From: a virus
Taxonomy: Duplodnaviria > Caudoviricetes
Strand: one strand, 5' to 3'
DNA length: 64,000 bases
IMG/VR virus record: IMGVR_UViG_3300028048_000054
Shown here: piece after piece, positions 9,901-19,414 of the stretch
How the letters are laid out: each line of letters starts with the position of its first letter
Numbering within the stretch: position 1 is the stretch's first letter
Notes under the pieces: model-generated
Databases searched by the model: none
What the model saw: only the letters and a program-made list of their open reading frames with translations
Told to the model about the DNA's origin: nothing
Program-made: the position numbers and the translations under genes

Positions 9901-11284
9901 TGAGAAACCAGAACCTGGTATCAAAGACTTGCAAGAGAAGTATTCATACAATAGTAAGTCAAATAAGAAAGATTATGTGAAGTGTGAGTATAATGTTTAT
10001 GCTCAACGTAGTGATAATTTTCTATCTGAATCTGGTACACGCAAAGCGGTAGCACAATTAACAGGTACACTACAACCCGCATTTGCATTAGGTGCATCAG
10101 AAATTCCATTAGTATTCTCAAATTATAAGACCAATCTTGAATTATTGACAGAAACAGCAGAAAAGTTTAATTTCTTCTTATATTCAAATAGGTTTGGTGT
10201 TGTACGGTTCGCACCTCCTATGGTTTCATTGGCAAATTTAAGTATTCGTGATGGTGTATTAAATGAATCTGCAAGAGATGATGAGTATGACTATTCATAT
10301 TATACAGACTCACCAGATATTTTGAGTAAACAGAACACTATTTCATTTAGAGAAAGTTGTGATGACTCAAAATTGGTAACCTGGATTCAATTAACTGGTG
10401 GTCTAGTAGCATCAGCAAGTTTAGATGTCTCAAAGGCTGGTGTTGCCACACCTGTTGCTAACTGGCCATTGATTAAAAAATATGGTTATCACTCACAGAA
10501 ACAGCAAGCAGTTATTGGTATTAATAGTTTGCCAGCATTAAGAGCCTATGGTATGGCCCTTATGGACAGAGCAAATAAAAATTTTAGAACTGCTACTTGT
10601 GATACAATGGGTAGCGGTGATATAGATATTAATAAGACCGTTTATAGTTCTATTAATAATACTGTGTATCTGCGTGTAGGTTTAAGTTCTCACTATCAGG
10701 CTGGTAATACTTTTATAACTTCTTCAACATTAAACTGGGGTAGAAAGCCACTATGTACATTTTTTGAAGAAGTGGTCGAGAAGTCATCAACATATACAGA
10801 ATACAACACTGATGAGTCTGGTGGATATTTGAGTAAACCAGAAAATGTTTCAATATTACCAAAATTAACAACTCTGACAAGAGAAACAATGTCAAGAGAT
10901 GTAAATATTGATGCGTTTAAAACTAGTTTAGAGACATTATTTAAGCAGAATTTAATTACTAATGCTTATTACAGACAGATAAAGGGGTTGTTATCGGCTT
11001 ACGATACCAATAAGAATTATAAACAATTGTTCTATTCCTTTATATTTAATGGGTACTTCTGGGAAGGTGTACCGTCTATTTCATTTGAAGACTTATCAAC
11101 AGAGTTCTATTCTGAAAATGTTGCTAATGGGTTAGAAGAATCTGTATTTAGTGGGCAGAATCCTAATGATAAAAAAGGTAAGAAGAAGCCCAAAACAAAA
11201 GAAATTAACAATACAACTTCTGTGTTCCTTGGGTTATTTGACCAATCTTCTGTGAGTAAGATGCAGGACACTTATACATCATAA
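6974..11284 (+). CDS. Large baseplate hub-like protein
   Basis: 1436 aa; C-terminal half has hub-like segments (SQATITLKNNDNKY...FEPMDEVSIYL...FTGFLDS; NFFLYSNRFGVVRF; IKKYGY); N-terminal ~700 aa unrecognised. Confidence 0.55.
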   Translation: MAYIEKSLNTAHFTRPAVVLFKKPLATNEEMTAELEKLIGDAYPMETHTLTSYSGKGNPKAIFYCVSTGAYKVVNYDENAYFHIIDYKDTKENILSKKIDFDLATAKAPVINSSFRRKLWKTAVDSVSLANPATALPYIIGIFLKKSTTTILQNTGKILTNDFLKEAIDKYYDGVDKESEDSLTNTLNRTWYVFSLDDDYYVPEIKYNVKETLGTNYQEEHYVEHGPAGVESTAKVPESFGTTGYGISTLDTHVVQSTCSLTKNAFIRSAAFARNREKLIEIFAKYKILSIYQVVLQESVDCKDITKVTYKQALDDFNNYMKNANAKAFAEFNCEIATFYNSMYNKYSFRAEYYKATDEKNFRIIDKFSASASKFLSTDKYKIKVTTLFPELNRDLLLAMNPKIANGVEYPLSAFKGAFRSLYNLSYYVDSEGGNSKVGYIVFTESDTFRDAVDAYYFLAERINRSINAVDAKTEQQLLKYYNVSAEFPLRYKYQELTTGSMMAISASVLKDDYNTYGSDQKEQKVHINDNNAVQPTGIRKSNTIQFRAFLESMNRGRIGTRESTTITYTSRKMGGFNPLMIDFKLMYYMMIKYNVVLPKYNKLEPEFIHGNNSNSTVRMFPINFFTATGKLESGTFSNISGISRKQKNSDGTTNYAFDFESIKKLPIKDKKRLVSMYESVYYGGWAGFYYTNATTYSEDIAPYYNTQLSDEVLTTIQEVLNEEDESNYTEKFSPLTDFTDFRYLTELNDVKNSDVSDIVVSRQTMGKSQATITLKNNDNKYVFKDGIFKGECIFEPMDEVSIYLPTTSGGLTLSFTGFLDSTDVASTNGYNMISLQCSCPIKLLEINRTNVKPSMSGGLEADYAPLNPFLVPPKMMESMEKWVPFMFVQPLTYMTSMLGDITSPESTYTYKTVELASEGGYHIFGPKFEDDLLQYLWSRRSQHIKDSEAANLALKNLIDKYTDTVTYKNGEELGSEKPEPGIKDLQEKYSYNSKSNKKDYVKCEYNVYAQRSDNFLSESGTRKAVAQLTGTLQPAFALGASEIPLVFSNYKTNLELLTETAEKFNFFLYSNRFGVVRFAPPMVSLANLSIRDGVLNESARDDEYDYSYYTDSPDILSKQNTISFRESCDDSKLVTWIQLTGGLVASASLDVSKAGVATPVANWPLIKKYGYHSQKQQAVIGINSLPALRAYGMALMDRANKNFRTATCDTMGSGDIDINKTVYSSINNTVYLRVGLSSHYQAGNTFITSSTLNWGRKPLCTFFEEVVEKSSTYTEYNTDESGGYLSKPENVSILPKLTTLTRETMSRDVNIDAFKTSLETLFKQNLITNAYYRQIKGLLSAYDTNKNYKQLFYSFIFNGYFWEGVPSISFEDLSTEFYSENVANGLEESVFSGQNPNDKKGKKKPKTKEINNTTSVFLGLFDQSSVSKMQDTYTS

Positions 11285-11286
11285 TA

Positions 11287-11308
11287 GTATACACTTTGGC
11301 ATTAAGTG
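11287..11308 (+). promoter_or_regulatory. Candidate late promoter motif, copy 2
   Basis: GTATACACTTTGGCATTAAGTG in the gap before the spike-like gene. Confidence 0.6.
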
Positions 11309-11319
11309 AGGAATGTGAT

Positions 11320-12840
11320 ATGTCTGATATAGGTGATGTTTTACGTGATATTGATAAGCCAGATGTCTCTGATTTAGGTGATTATACCAAGAGTATTCGG
11401 TTTGCACGTATTTTAAATGTTTATGACGCATCTATATTAGAAGCCTCTGCTAGTGCTAAAAATAAGTATGGTAAGGCAGATATACTGTTTTTAGATGGTT
11501 TAGGAACTGTACCAGTAGAAATTCCTATATTAACAAACTGGTTTTCGTGGACTCGTGGTTCTGGTATTATGTTTATGCCAGAGCAGAATGATATAGTAGC
11601 CTGTTTAATGCAGCATAATGGGTACCCAATTATTATTGGATTTTTGCCATATAAGTGGGACGAGACAACTGAAAAACCAGTAAAATTAAGAAAGACCTCT
11701 GTTGGATATACAAAACCACTTTATAAAGGTGAGGTATTGATAAAATCATCTTCTGGTGGAAATATCCTACTAAATAAAAGTGGTTCAGTAGAGGTTAGCG
11801 GCGTAGATAGTTCTATTAATGAAATGGTTATATCTGAAATAGATGGAAATAACCAAGAAGTAATGTTTAATAGAACATTAGATGGTAATGAGGCTGGTGT
11901 ATCAAAAACAGTTGTTGGTAAAAGATACCTGCCAGATGGAACACCAAAATACGTAGGAAATTTTCCACAGATTTTTGAAAGTGGGGTTTCAACACATTAT
12001 ACACAGTCTATAGAACTTCCTTATGCTGAAAGTATGTCTTTTAATCTTCAGGAAGATGCAGAAATCACTGAAGTTACATCTGTAGAGGTGGTGTCAAGAG
12101 CAGGGAACACATCAAAGACATATACTCTAGGTGAAAAACAATACTCGCTTGTTGCAGAGAATATTTATACACCTGGTTCTAGTAATGATAATGAGTTGTA
12201 CTATAAACCCGCTACTATAGAGAAAAATTCTATAAAATACACTTTAATTATTCCTAATAAGGGATTCTCTAATGCAACCGTAAAATTAACTTATGAGGCA
12301 AAGGTATTTGTTGGCGGTGTTAGAGTCAATAGTGGTGGGGACTTATTTTTAGATGGACGCAATGTTATAGTACGTTCAGCAAATGAAAATGCAACACTCG
12401 CTTTAACAGATGATGGTAGAGCAACATTACGTGGTGGTGGTAATACCAGTATTGGTAATGCATATGGTGGTGTATTAAGGTGTACACAAGCAGGTGTAAT
12501 GTACAGTAATGGTATCGGAAGGGACTCTATGGGAGACCCTGATGCACCAATCACCAAGATGTCATTGTGGTCCGCATTAGGTGCTGAAGATAAGGAATTT
12601 GGTTCACTGTTTTATATATCGGACAACTTACCATTATTTAGATTGTTTAAGAGTGGAGATGTGTGGGACTACAAAGCAGTGACAGATAGTGAATATGCGT
12701 CGTTATCAACAAAATCTAGAGCCACAGTTAATAAATTAACCATTTCATTATGTGGATTCTTCCTAACCAAAGAAAAATTAGCAAAACTATTATTAGAAGA
12801 TGCCACATCATATGGTGATTTGAAAGCAGGTGTGAAGTGA
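11320..12840 (+). CDS. Putative baseplate spike/central protein (gpV/gp5-like N-terminal OB domain)
   Basis: Start refined to ATG 11320 (GAGG SD). RFARILNV...GSGIMFMPEQNDIVACL...PIIIGFLP resembles the gpV/gp5 OB-fold; beta-strand repeats follow. Confidence 0.55.
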   Translation: MSDIGDVLRDIDKPDVSDLGDYTKSIRFARILNVYDASILEASASAKNKYGKADILFLDGLGTVPVEIPILTNWFSWTRGSGIMFMPEQNDIVACLMQHNGYPIIIGFLPYKWDETTEKPVKLRKTSVGYTKPLYKGEVLIKSSSGGNILLNKSGSVEVSGVDSSINEMVISEIDGNNQEVMFNRTLDGNEAGVSKTVVGKRYLPDGTPKYVGNFPQIFESGVSTHYTQSIELPYAESMSFNLQEDAEITEVTSVEVVSRAGNTSKTYTLGEKQYSLVAENIYTPGSSNDNELYYKPATIEKNSIKYTLIIPNKGFSNATVKLTYEAKVFVGGVRVNSGGDLFLDGRNVIVRSANENATLALTDDGRATLRGGGNTSIGNAYGGVLRCTQAGVMYSNGIGRDSMGDPDAPITKMSLWSALGAEDKEFGSLFYISDNLPLFRLFKSGDVWDYKAVTDSEYASLSTKSRATVNKLTISLCGFFLTKEKLAKLLLEDATSYGDLKAGVK

Positions 12841-12841
12841 T

Positions 12842-13174
12842 ATGAAAAAAGAAAAGAAAGAATTTAGAACCGTTAAATGTGCTTGTTGTGGTAGATATGA
12901 AAAACAAGTAGACAGCAGGGTTGTTGATTGGTATTGTTCTGATTGTTCATTTGGTAATGGTAATTTTTTTAGAAAACAGGCTGGCAGACCAATTATTAAA
13001 CCAGCAACAGGCGTAAAGAAGGGTTCCATTGTTAAATCTGTTTTTGGAAAAGAATACAAAGTTTTAGGGATTGGTTATAAATTCCAAAATACAACTTATT
13101 ATTTTGTTGTAGAAAAAAATGCACAGGACGGGGTTCCTAGTTTTTTAGGGGACTACCAGATAATTAGCAAATGA
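12842..13174 (+). CDS. Hypothetical Zn-ribbon protein
   Basis: 110 aa, basic, CACC...CSDC. Confidence 0.5.
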   Translation: MKKEKKEFRTVKCACCGRYEKQVDSRVVDWYCSDCSFGNGNFFRKQAGRPIIKPATGVKKGSIVKSVFGKEYKVLGIGYKFQNTTYYFVVEKNAQDGVPSFLGDYQIISK

Positions 13175-13647
13175 CATTAATGGACTCATTGAGTAATCAG
13201 GGGATAGAAATATCACAATATATGTCTGCAACAACTATTATCAAATATGTTAGCAGTTTAGGTGCATTGATGCCTGTATTTCCAAATGTATTCTCAATGA
13301 TTAATACATTACAGTCTTATGTTGATAAATATAAGAGTGCTGTTCAAGCACTGGATAAAGCGCAAGGTGTTGTAGATAATGCACAAGCAAAATTAGAACA
13401 AGCAAAGGATATGTATAACAAAATTTTAAATACTCCTACAGCGTATATTGGAACTGGAATTGGAACAGTATCAATCAATCCGTCAGCAACTATAGCCTAT
13501 CACGCAGCAATTGAGGCTGCACAAAAGGCACTAGACCAAGCAGAAAAAGCATTAGAGAAAGCAAGACAGAAAGTGGATAGTATATATGACCAGATTGAGA
13601 AATATAAAGACACTGTAGTAAATCAATTGATGTCAATAAAGGTATAA
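13171..13647 (+). CDS. Hypothetical coiled-coil (helical hairpin) protein, probably virion-associated
   Basis: 158 aa; two heptad-rich helices (ALDKAQGVVDNAQAKLEQAK / AQKALDQAEKALEKAR) flanking a G/T-rich loop; ATGA overlap with the upstream gene. Confidence 0.5.
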   Translation: MTLMDSLSNQGIEISQYMSATTIIKYVSSLGALMPVFPNVFSMINTLQSYVDKYKSAVQALDKAQGVVDNAQAKLEQAKDMYNKILNTPTAYIGTGIGTVSINPSATIAYHAAIEAAQKALDQAEKALEKARQKVDSIYDQIEKYKDTVVNQLMSIKV

Positions 13648-13649
13648 AA

Positions 13650-15065
13650 ATGGCAATTACAAAAGACACATTATTAAGTTTATCAAGAAAATTAATATCA
13701 GCCAGAAATAATAACATTGACTTAACAACTGGTACAGTATTAAGTGATTTAGGTGTTGATGCTACAGCACAAATTTTAGCATCGATTTCTGCTGATATAG
13801 ATAGAATTATAGGGCAACAAGCATTAAATAGTGAGTATTTCACAGATGAAGAAGCAGATATGCTTGTTCAGTCTTTTGGTATTAAGAGAAAAGAACCTGG
13901 TTTTGCCACAGGTAATATTACCTTTGCAACACGCGACCTTCCTTCAGCGTCATCTCCTATTGTTATTCCAGTAGGTACACAAGTTTATACTTCGTCAGAA
14001 AACAATTCTGCAAGTTATTACTATGAAACAACTTCATCTGGGTCAATAACAAGCACAGCACCATTTAATACAACTACTGGGTACTATGAGGTTACAGTAA
14101 GTATTAAAGCAATGTCACCAGGAACTGATTACAATGTGGGTATTGGTTATATTAATGGTTTAAGAAGTTCTATCTCTGGTGTATCAGCGGTTTATAATAA
14201 AAATGCTATTGTTAATGGTACAGACACTGAATCGACTGAATCGCTATTAAATAAATTTTTAATCTATTGGCGTGGAAGAAATAGAAACACAGAACCTGGT
14301 ATTTTGGCTTGGACCTATGAAAATCCAGTTGTAGAAGAAGCAAAAGTAATTGGTCCAGATAATGACTTTGCTTTACGCGGTCCAGGTGCTGTTGACGTGT
14401 ATGTTCGTGGTATTACCGATTTAACTTATACACAAACCATTACAACAATAACTAAAGAGGTTCTTTTTGCTAAACAGCCTGTTATTAACATTGACACACT
14501 GTATGTAACAGTTGGTTCGGACAACTTTACTATTAATGATGGTGTATTTTCTATTGTAAAAGATACCGAAACAATTTATCAAGGTTCAAATGCTGCCCAC
14601 GATAAACTAGTGTGGACTGATGATGGTTATGATATTGTAAAAAATGTAACATCATACACCATAACATACTCATACAATTCATTAATCGATGATTTGCAAA
14701 GTATGTATGATAATGATGAAGAACGGTTAATTACAGGGGATATTCTGGCAAGAGAAACTTATAAAGTAGAAGTTGTAATGGAATTTGGTATTACAACTTT
14801 TCCTGGTGTTGATAAAGCCACAACAATATCTTTGGTCAAAACCAATATTCAAAACTTTGTAAATACGACACCTTTAAATACTGACTTAAAACAGTCAGAT
14901 ATTGTTGCAATTATTGAGGGTACCGATGGTGTATCCTATACTGCACTGCCATTTCTGCAATTCCACAGAGTAGGTGAAACTGACGAGAATAAGTGGGTGG
15001 CAGACATCGATTCATCTCCATTAGAATATTTTAGAGTTCAAAACGAGAATATTATTATTGGTTAA
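13650..15065 (+). CDS. Baseplate J-like wedge protein
   Basis: FGIKRKEPGFATGNITF...IPVGTQV; PGTDYNV...GVSAVYNKNAIVNGTDTESTESL; RGPGAVDVYV: classic gpJ motifs. Confidence 0.85.
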   Translation: MAITKDTLLSLSRKLISARNNNIDLTTGTVLSDLGVDATAQILASISADIDRIIGQQALNSEYFTDEEADMLVQSFGIKRKEPGFATGNITFATRDLPSASSPIVIPVGTQVYTSSENNSASYYYETTSSGSITSTAPFNTTTGYYEVTVSIKAMSPGTDYNVGIGYINGLRSSISGVSAVYNKNAIVNGTDTESTESLLNKFLIYWRGRNRNTEPGILAWTYENPVVEEAKVIGPDNDFALRGPGAVDVYVRGITDLTYTQTITTITKEVLFAKQPVINIDTLYVTVGSDNFTINDGVFSIVKDTETIYQGSNAAHDKLVWTDDGYDIVKNVTSYTITYSYNSLIDDLQSMYDNDEERLITGDILARETYKVEVVMEFGITTFPGVDKATTISLVKTNIQNFVNTTPLNTDLKQSDIVAIIEGTDGVSYTALPFLQFHRVGETDENKWVADIDSSPLEYFRVQNENIIIG

Positions 15066-15067
15066 TT

Positions 15068-15904
15068 ATGATAGACGCAAAGTACATTAATGTTTGTAAT
15101 CATAGGTTAGTGTGCGAGCCAATTGAACTAGAAGTTTTAGATTCTAGTGCTGGCACATATAAAGCAACCCTTCCTTATCCAGCAATTACAGAGAAGGCGT
15201 TGGTTTTTATTAGAACTTATGATGATGAAAAAAAGTACTTTCACGATGAATCTAGTTATTTGGAAACTCTAAATTATTCTTACCGTACTGTAACAGGTTC
15301 AATGGATGAATTACCAGAAGGTGGACTTATTAAACACATAGGTATTACAAACTATGAGTTTATGTCCGATACGGAAATTGTTTTTGGTACTATTCAAGGT
15401 GATGATACAATTAATAAAATTGATTTAACAGAAGGTCGTGTTCCAAAACAAATTATTCTCATAGATTACAATGTTAAAGCAGATAAGTGTCCTATTTGTA
15501 ATGGTACTGAAATTACACAAGATATAAATTTTAGTGGTACTGGTGAAGTAATGACTAATGAGGGACACGATAAGATTGTTTCTCGTGTATTAAAAGCCTT
15601 ACTAACACCTTATGGGGAATCAGCAGAAGACATTGCGTTTGGTTCTGCATTAGATACATTGATAGGAAATGAATTGGACTTAACTATTTCTGCTACAATT
15701 CAAAAGCATATATATGATACTATCAGTTATTTGATAAAATTACAAAGTAATGTTGAACTACAGCCAGAGGAAATTATAACAGGAGTTGAAAGTATTACAG
15801 TTAAACAGGACGATAAGATACCTACTAAATTAAATATAACAGTAGTTGTCACAGACTACAATGGTGAAAAAGTTCCCTGTGTACTTTCATTAGATGTTGA
15901 CTAA
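15068..15904 (+). CDS. Baseplate wedge/sheath initiator (gp25-like C-terminal domain)
   Basis: C-terminal KIVSRVLKALLTPYG...FGSALDTLIG...PTKLNITVVV is gp25/gpW-like; internal CPICNGT. Confidence 0.65.
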   Translation: MIDAKYINVCNHRLVCEPIELEVLDSSAGTYKATLPYPAITEKALVFIRTYDDEKKYFHDESSYLETLNYSYRTVTGSMDELPEGGLIKHIGITNYEFMSDTEIVFGTIQGDDTINKIDLTEGRVPKQIILIDYNVKADKCPICNGTEITQDINFSGTGEVMTNEGHDKIVSRVLKALLTPYGESAEDIAFGSALDTLIGNELDLTISATIQKHIYDTISYLIKLQSNVELQPEEIITGVESITVKQDDKIPTKLNITVVVTDYNGEKVPCVLSLDVD

Positions 15905-15905
15905 T

Positions 15906-16337
15906 ATGCCTAAATTTGGAAATAAATCATTAAGTATTTTACAAAACGCCCACCCAGAATTAAGACGGGTACTAAATGAGGCAATTAAATATTTTGATTT
16001 CTCTGTAATTGAGTCAGTTAGAACTCAAGAACAACACGAAGCAAATGTAAAGGCTGGAAAGACAAAAACAACTTGGGAGAAGTCAAAACATCGTGCTCGT
16101 TTAGATAATGAGGGTCGTATGACTTCTTGGGCGGTCGATATTGTTCCATATCCTTGTGATTGGTCAGATAAAGCCAGTTTCGCATTAATGGCAGGGTATG
16201 TATTAGGAATCGCTGCCGTTTTACATAGACAGGGATTTTTAACACATAAGTTACGTTGGGGTGGGGATTGGTCAGGTGACGGAAAGACAAATGATGAACG
16301 ATTCTACGATGGACCGCACTTTGAACTGGTAGATTAA
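15906..16337 (+). CDS. Endolysin, L-Ala-D-Glu peptidase (peptidase M15 family)
   Basis: HPEL...ESVRT...SKH...AVDIVP...RWGGDW...DGPHFEL zinc-peptidase motifs; start refined to ATG 15906. Confidence 0.9.
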   Translation: MPKFGNKSLSILQNAHPELRRVLNEAIKYFDFSVIESVRTQEQHEANVKAGKTKTTWEKSKHRARLDNEGRMTSWAVDIVPYPCDWSDKASFALMAGYVLGIAAVLHRQGFLTHKLRWGGDWSGDGKTNDERFYDGPHFELVD

Positions 16338-16339
16338 TT

Positions 16340-16663
16340 ATGACAGACTTATCAACATTAGTAGTTTTATGTTCAGTAGGTACAATAGGTGTAATTCAGT
16401 GGACTAAAGAATTGGTTCAATCTGTTTCCACTAAGAACTTTGACCACCTATATCAAGTTTTATTGTCTTTATTTCTATCAATAGTATCTGGTTTCTTTAT
16501 TTGGAAAATTAAATATTCCACAGAAACATACTATATGGTATTCCCTCTAACACTTGGGGTGTTATCAGTAGTGCAATTAGGGTATGATAACATTATTAAA
16601 TATCTTCAACAGGCCATTGAAGGTATAATGAAAAAGTTTATTTCAAATGAACAAGATAAATAA
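16340..16663 (+). CDS. Putative holin (3 TM)
   Basis: 107 aa, three hydrophobic segments and a charged C-tail, directly after the endolysin. Confidence 0.65.
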   Translation: MTDLSTLVVLCSVGTIGVIQWTKELVQSVSTKNFDHLYQVLLSLFLSIVSGFFIWKIKYSTETYYMVFPLTLGVLSVVQLGYDNIIKYLQQAIEGIMKKFISNEQDK

Positions 16664-17201
16664 AATAATCATTTTTATGTTACTCCTGGTTCTAGGTGTT
16701 TTGTTATTTCAAAACTACCTACTTCGCCGTAATGTAAAAGAGGCCGTAGAACAAGGTGGAACATTACCTCCAGGTGTACAGCAAGAAGTAACTGTTAAGC
16801 AGGACCACGTTACAATTAAAGAGAAAGAAACCAATACTGTAACAGGGGAAGTGATGGTTAACACTCAGACATTATATGTACCACCAGAAGGTCAAGTGGT
16901 TATTACAACAACTGATGAGGGTAAGACATCAGTGAAACTAACTAATAAGGGATTTACATTTACACCAGGTTTAGTATTTGTACCATCAAAAGATATGAAT
17001 ATTGGTGTAAATGCTAGATTAGTGTACTGGAATAGATTTGGTGCTGGTGTTGGTGGTATTATTTCAATCACAGATGACCCAAAACCAGCGGGAATTGGTT
17101 TTGTAGATTATAGATTTTATAAGAATTTTGCAGTAGGTGTGGCATATAGAGAAGCAATAACTGAACGTGGTATAGGTGCAACTCTTACATACTACTTTTA
17201 A
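16647..17201 (+). CDS. Putative spanin-like protein: N-terminal TM anchor plus C-terminal amphipathic beta-strands ending in Phe
   Basis: MNKINKIIIFMLLLVLGVLLF anchor; the last ~85 aa are alternating-hydrophobic strands ending GIGATLTYYF; third gene of the lysis cassette. Confidence 0.5.
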   Translation: MNKINKIIIFMLLLVLGVLLFQNYLLRRNVKEAVEQGGTLPPGVQQEVTVKQDHVTIKEKETNTVTGEVMVNTQTLYVPPEGQVVITTTDEGKTSVKLTNKGFTFTPGLVFVPSKDMNIGVNARLVYWNRFGAGVGGIISITDDPKPAGIGFVDYRFYKNFAVGVAYREAITERGIGATLTYYF

Positions 17202-17212
17202 GGAAGATAACA

Positions 17213-17722
17213 ATGGGCTATAAGAAAAGAACTCCAAATACATATGATTTACTAGCAACTAAAGTTCTAACATATGTTAATGAAGAAGATAAGAACGGCA
17301 GAGAAGTTGCGTGGGTTGTTGACGAATATGAAGATACTAAGATTCGTGAGTGGAACTCGGTTATTGATTTAGGAAAAGATGATGCCGAAGAATTGGTAGA
17401 GCCAGATTTGGTACAAGAAGCCCGTTATGAACTGTTAACTCCATCTGTAGACGGAAATGTTGACCTACACTTAGCAGACGGTACTTTTACTGAAGAAGAT
17501 GGAACTGCTTCAACAGCAACATCTCGTATGTATACAAAAACTACATATGTAAAAGTAATCGACAAAGAACACTATAATTTTAATGATTTAATGATTTTTA
17601 AGAACGGTACTCTTCAAGATAAAGTAAAAGATATTGCTTTTGCAGGGGAAGATACCATTCGTTTTGTTTTACCATTAGACGCTGGAGATATTATCCACGT
17701 AAGAAAACAAATTGGCTTATAA
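17213..17722 (+). CDS. Hypothetical protein, probably virion structural
   Basis: 169 aa; C-terminal LMIFKNGTLQ...DTIRFVLPLDAGDIIHV resembles small Ig-like virion repeat domains. Confidence 0.45.
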   Translation: MGYKKRTPNTYDLLATKVLTYVNEEDKNGREVAWVVDEYEDTKIREWNSVIDLGKDDAEELVEPDLVQEARYELLTPSVDGNVDLHLADGTFTEEDGTASTATSRMYTKTTYVKVIDKEHYNFNDLMIFKNGTLQDKVKDIAFAGEDTIRFVLPLDAGDIIHVRKQIGL

Positions 17723-17735
17723 GGAGTTCTGGTAA

Positions 17736-18221
17736 ATGTCAATTAACTTATTAGACCTTAGACATTTAAGAGTTGGTACAAAGTCAGAAATTGCTGCTAT
17801 TACCAATATCAGAGATGGACAGTTCTCAATGTGTACTGAGAACAGAACACTTTACACTTTTGTATTAAGTGGGGCACAGTATTTAATTGACAATGAAAAG
17901 GTACTTCGTTCAGATGTATCTGCCAATGCTAGATGGGTATATGCCAACATAAATGTGCCTTTTGGGTATGTTTATGACTTTGTAGTAAGGGATTGGGAAG
18001 AAGATAGTGAAAATGATGTGTACAGATTAACCATTGAGGACCCCAATACTGTTATTCAGACTGATAAGACTATGATTCAGTTGTACGACTCACAATCTAA
18101 TTTAGTAGGAGTTTCAAATATTGGGAAGGATGAAAATGGGTTATATGTTTTAACAACGTGTACAGAACCTGATGGACGTTTTAATGGGCGGGCCATCATC
18201 ATTCCAACTAATAAAGTATAG
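17736..18221 (+). CDS. Hypothetical protein, probably virion structural
   Basis: 161 aa, AAGGAG SD; shares a CxENR-x2-YxF module with 22068..23789. Confidence 0.45.
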   Translation: MSINLLDLRHLRVGTKSEIAAITNIRDGQFSMCTENRTLYTFVLSGAQYLIDNEKVLRSDVSANARWVYANINVPFGYVYDFVVRDWEEDSENDVYRLTIEDPNTVIQTDKTMIQLYDSQSNLVGVSNIGKDENGLYVLTTCTEPDGRFNGRAIIIPTNKV

Positions 18222-18223
18222 TT

Positions 18224-19414
18224 ATGGAATTTATAGAAATTATTAAAATTATTTGGCACGATATGATTACAACACCGTGGGGAGCATTACTCGGTATTGT
18301 GATTCTAATTTTGTTCTTATTTAAGGAACAAATTCGGGAAATTATTGATTTTATAATGAAACGTAAAAGTGCATCTTATGGTAAATCCGAGTATAGTAAA
18401 AAAGATGTTTTGAACCACCCTATTTTCAGAGACTTAGATTATTGGATTAATAAAGGTATTAAATTAGTAAAAATTGAGAAGTCGTATGCCAAAGAACTTA
18501 TTATGAAGGATGTACTTTATATTAAGTTTAATGTGATAAAAGACCTATTGACAAATACCATTAAAAATGATACTATAGATAGTATGAACAATTATGATTT
18601 AAAGAAGTTTTTCCAGGAACTCTTTAGAGATATGGATGCCCAACAGGTAATTGGATGGAGAAATGCTGGTATACCTGAAGTATTTATTAGAAAATATTTA
18701 ACTATGCAAAGAATGGGGCAAGAAGTTGTTCAGAATACAATTAAAGTATTTTTAAGCAGTGCTATTGATGCCACCACTTACACAAAGTGTTATTTGATTT
18801 TATCCGTATTAGATGCACAATTAACGAACGTATATGCAAATGCTGTATCTACGGCTTTATCATTAAACGGGGACTTAAATGGTACGATTTATAAGGGGGT
18901 TATTATTGGCACGTCTCACACAATGTATGCCATAGATGCCCCAATATCTGAGGATTTAATTGTATCAAGACTGGATGAGTTGCTTTCAAAAGTACATTGT
19001 TCACGTGCAGGAGTCGTTTTATTTCACGAATATCCAGCAGACGACCCATTTGATGGGAAATTTTCTATTGTATATGAACAATGCTCACCAGGAGTTTCAG
19101 TGGATAAGAAAGATGTACAATATATGCCAGCATACTTATTAAATGAGTTTAAATCCCCATTTGAGAAGGGAGAATTAGTTGTTGGAACAATTTTTGATTT
19201 TGATTATGGTGTGGGTAAGATAATGCGGGAGAACGGGACAGAAGTTTTGGCGGTGTACCCACTTAAAGATAATAGTACATTAAAAGGATTTATTAAATTG
19301 AATTGGCTTTCTAAAAATAAGTATCAATCAGATATAAAACAGGTTGACTTATTAAAAGAGTTACAAGACAGTTCAGAAGATATTAAAAAATTATTATTAG
19401 GGCATAAACAATGA
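18224..19414 (+). CDS. Single-TM membrane protein with C-terminal GAF-like domain (T4 T-holin-like architecture)
   Basis: TM PWGALLGIVILILFLF; C-terminal SRAGVVLFH...FSIVYEQCSPGVS...GTEVLAVYPL...LKGFIKLNW is GAF-like. Confidence 0.5.
   Translation: MEFIEIIKIIWHDMITTPWGALLGIVILILFLFKEQIREIIDFIMKRKSASYGKSEYSKKDVLNHPIFRDLDYWINKGIKLVKIEKSYAKELIMKDVLYIKFNVIKDLLTNTIKNDTIDSMNNYDLKKFFQELFRDMDAQQVIGWRNAGIPEVFIRKYLTMQRMGQEVVQNTIKVFLSSAIDATTYTKCYLILSVLDAQLTNVYANAVSTALSLNGDLNGTIYKGVIIGTSHTMYAIDAPISEDLIVSRLDELLSKVHCSRAGVVLFHEYPADDPFDGKFSIVYEQCSPGVSVDKKDVQYMPAYLLNEFKSPFEKGELVVGTIFDFDYGVGKIMRENGTEVLAVYPLKDNSTLKGFIKLNWLSKNKYQSDIKQVDLLKELQDSSEDIKKLLLGHKQ

Noticed and set aside
17850-17871. CTTTACAC-N6-ATTAAGTG as a late-promoter copy
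   Set aside because: It has two mismatches in the first half and lies mid-gene with no nearby start; likely chance.
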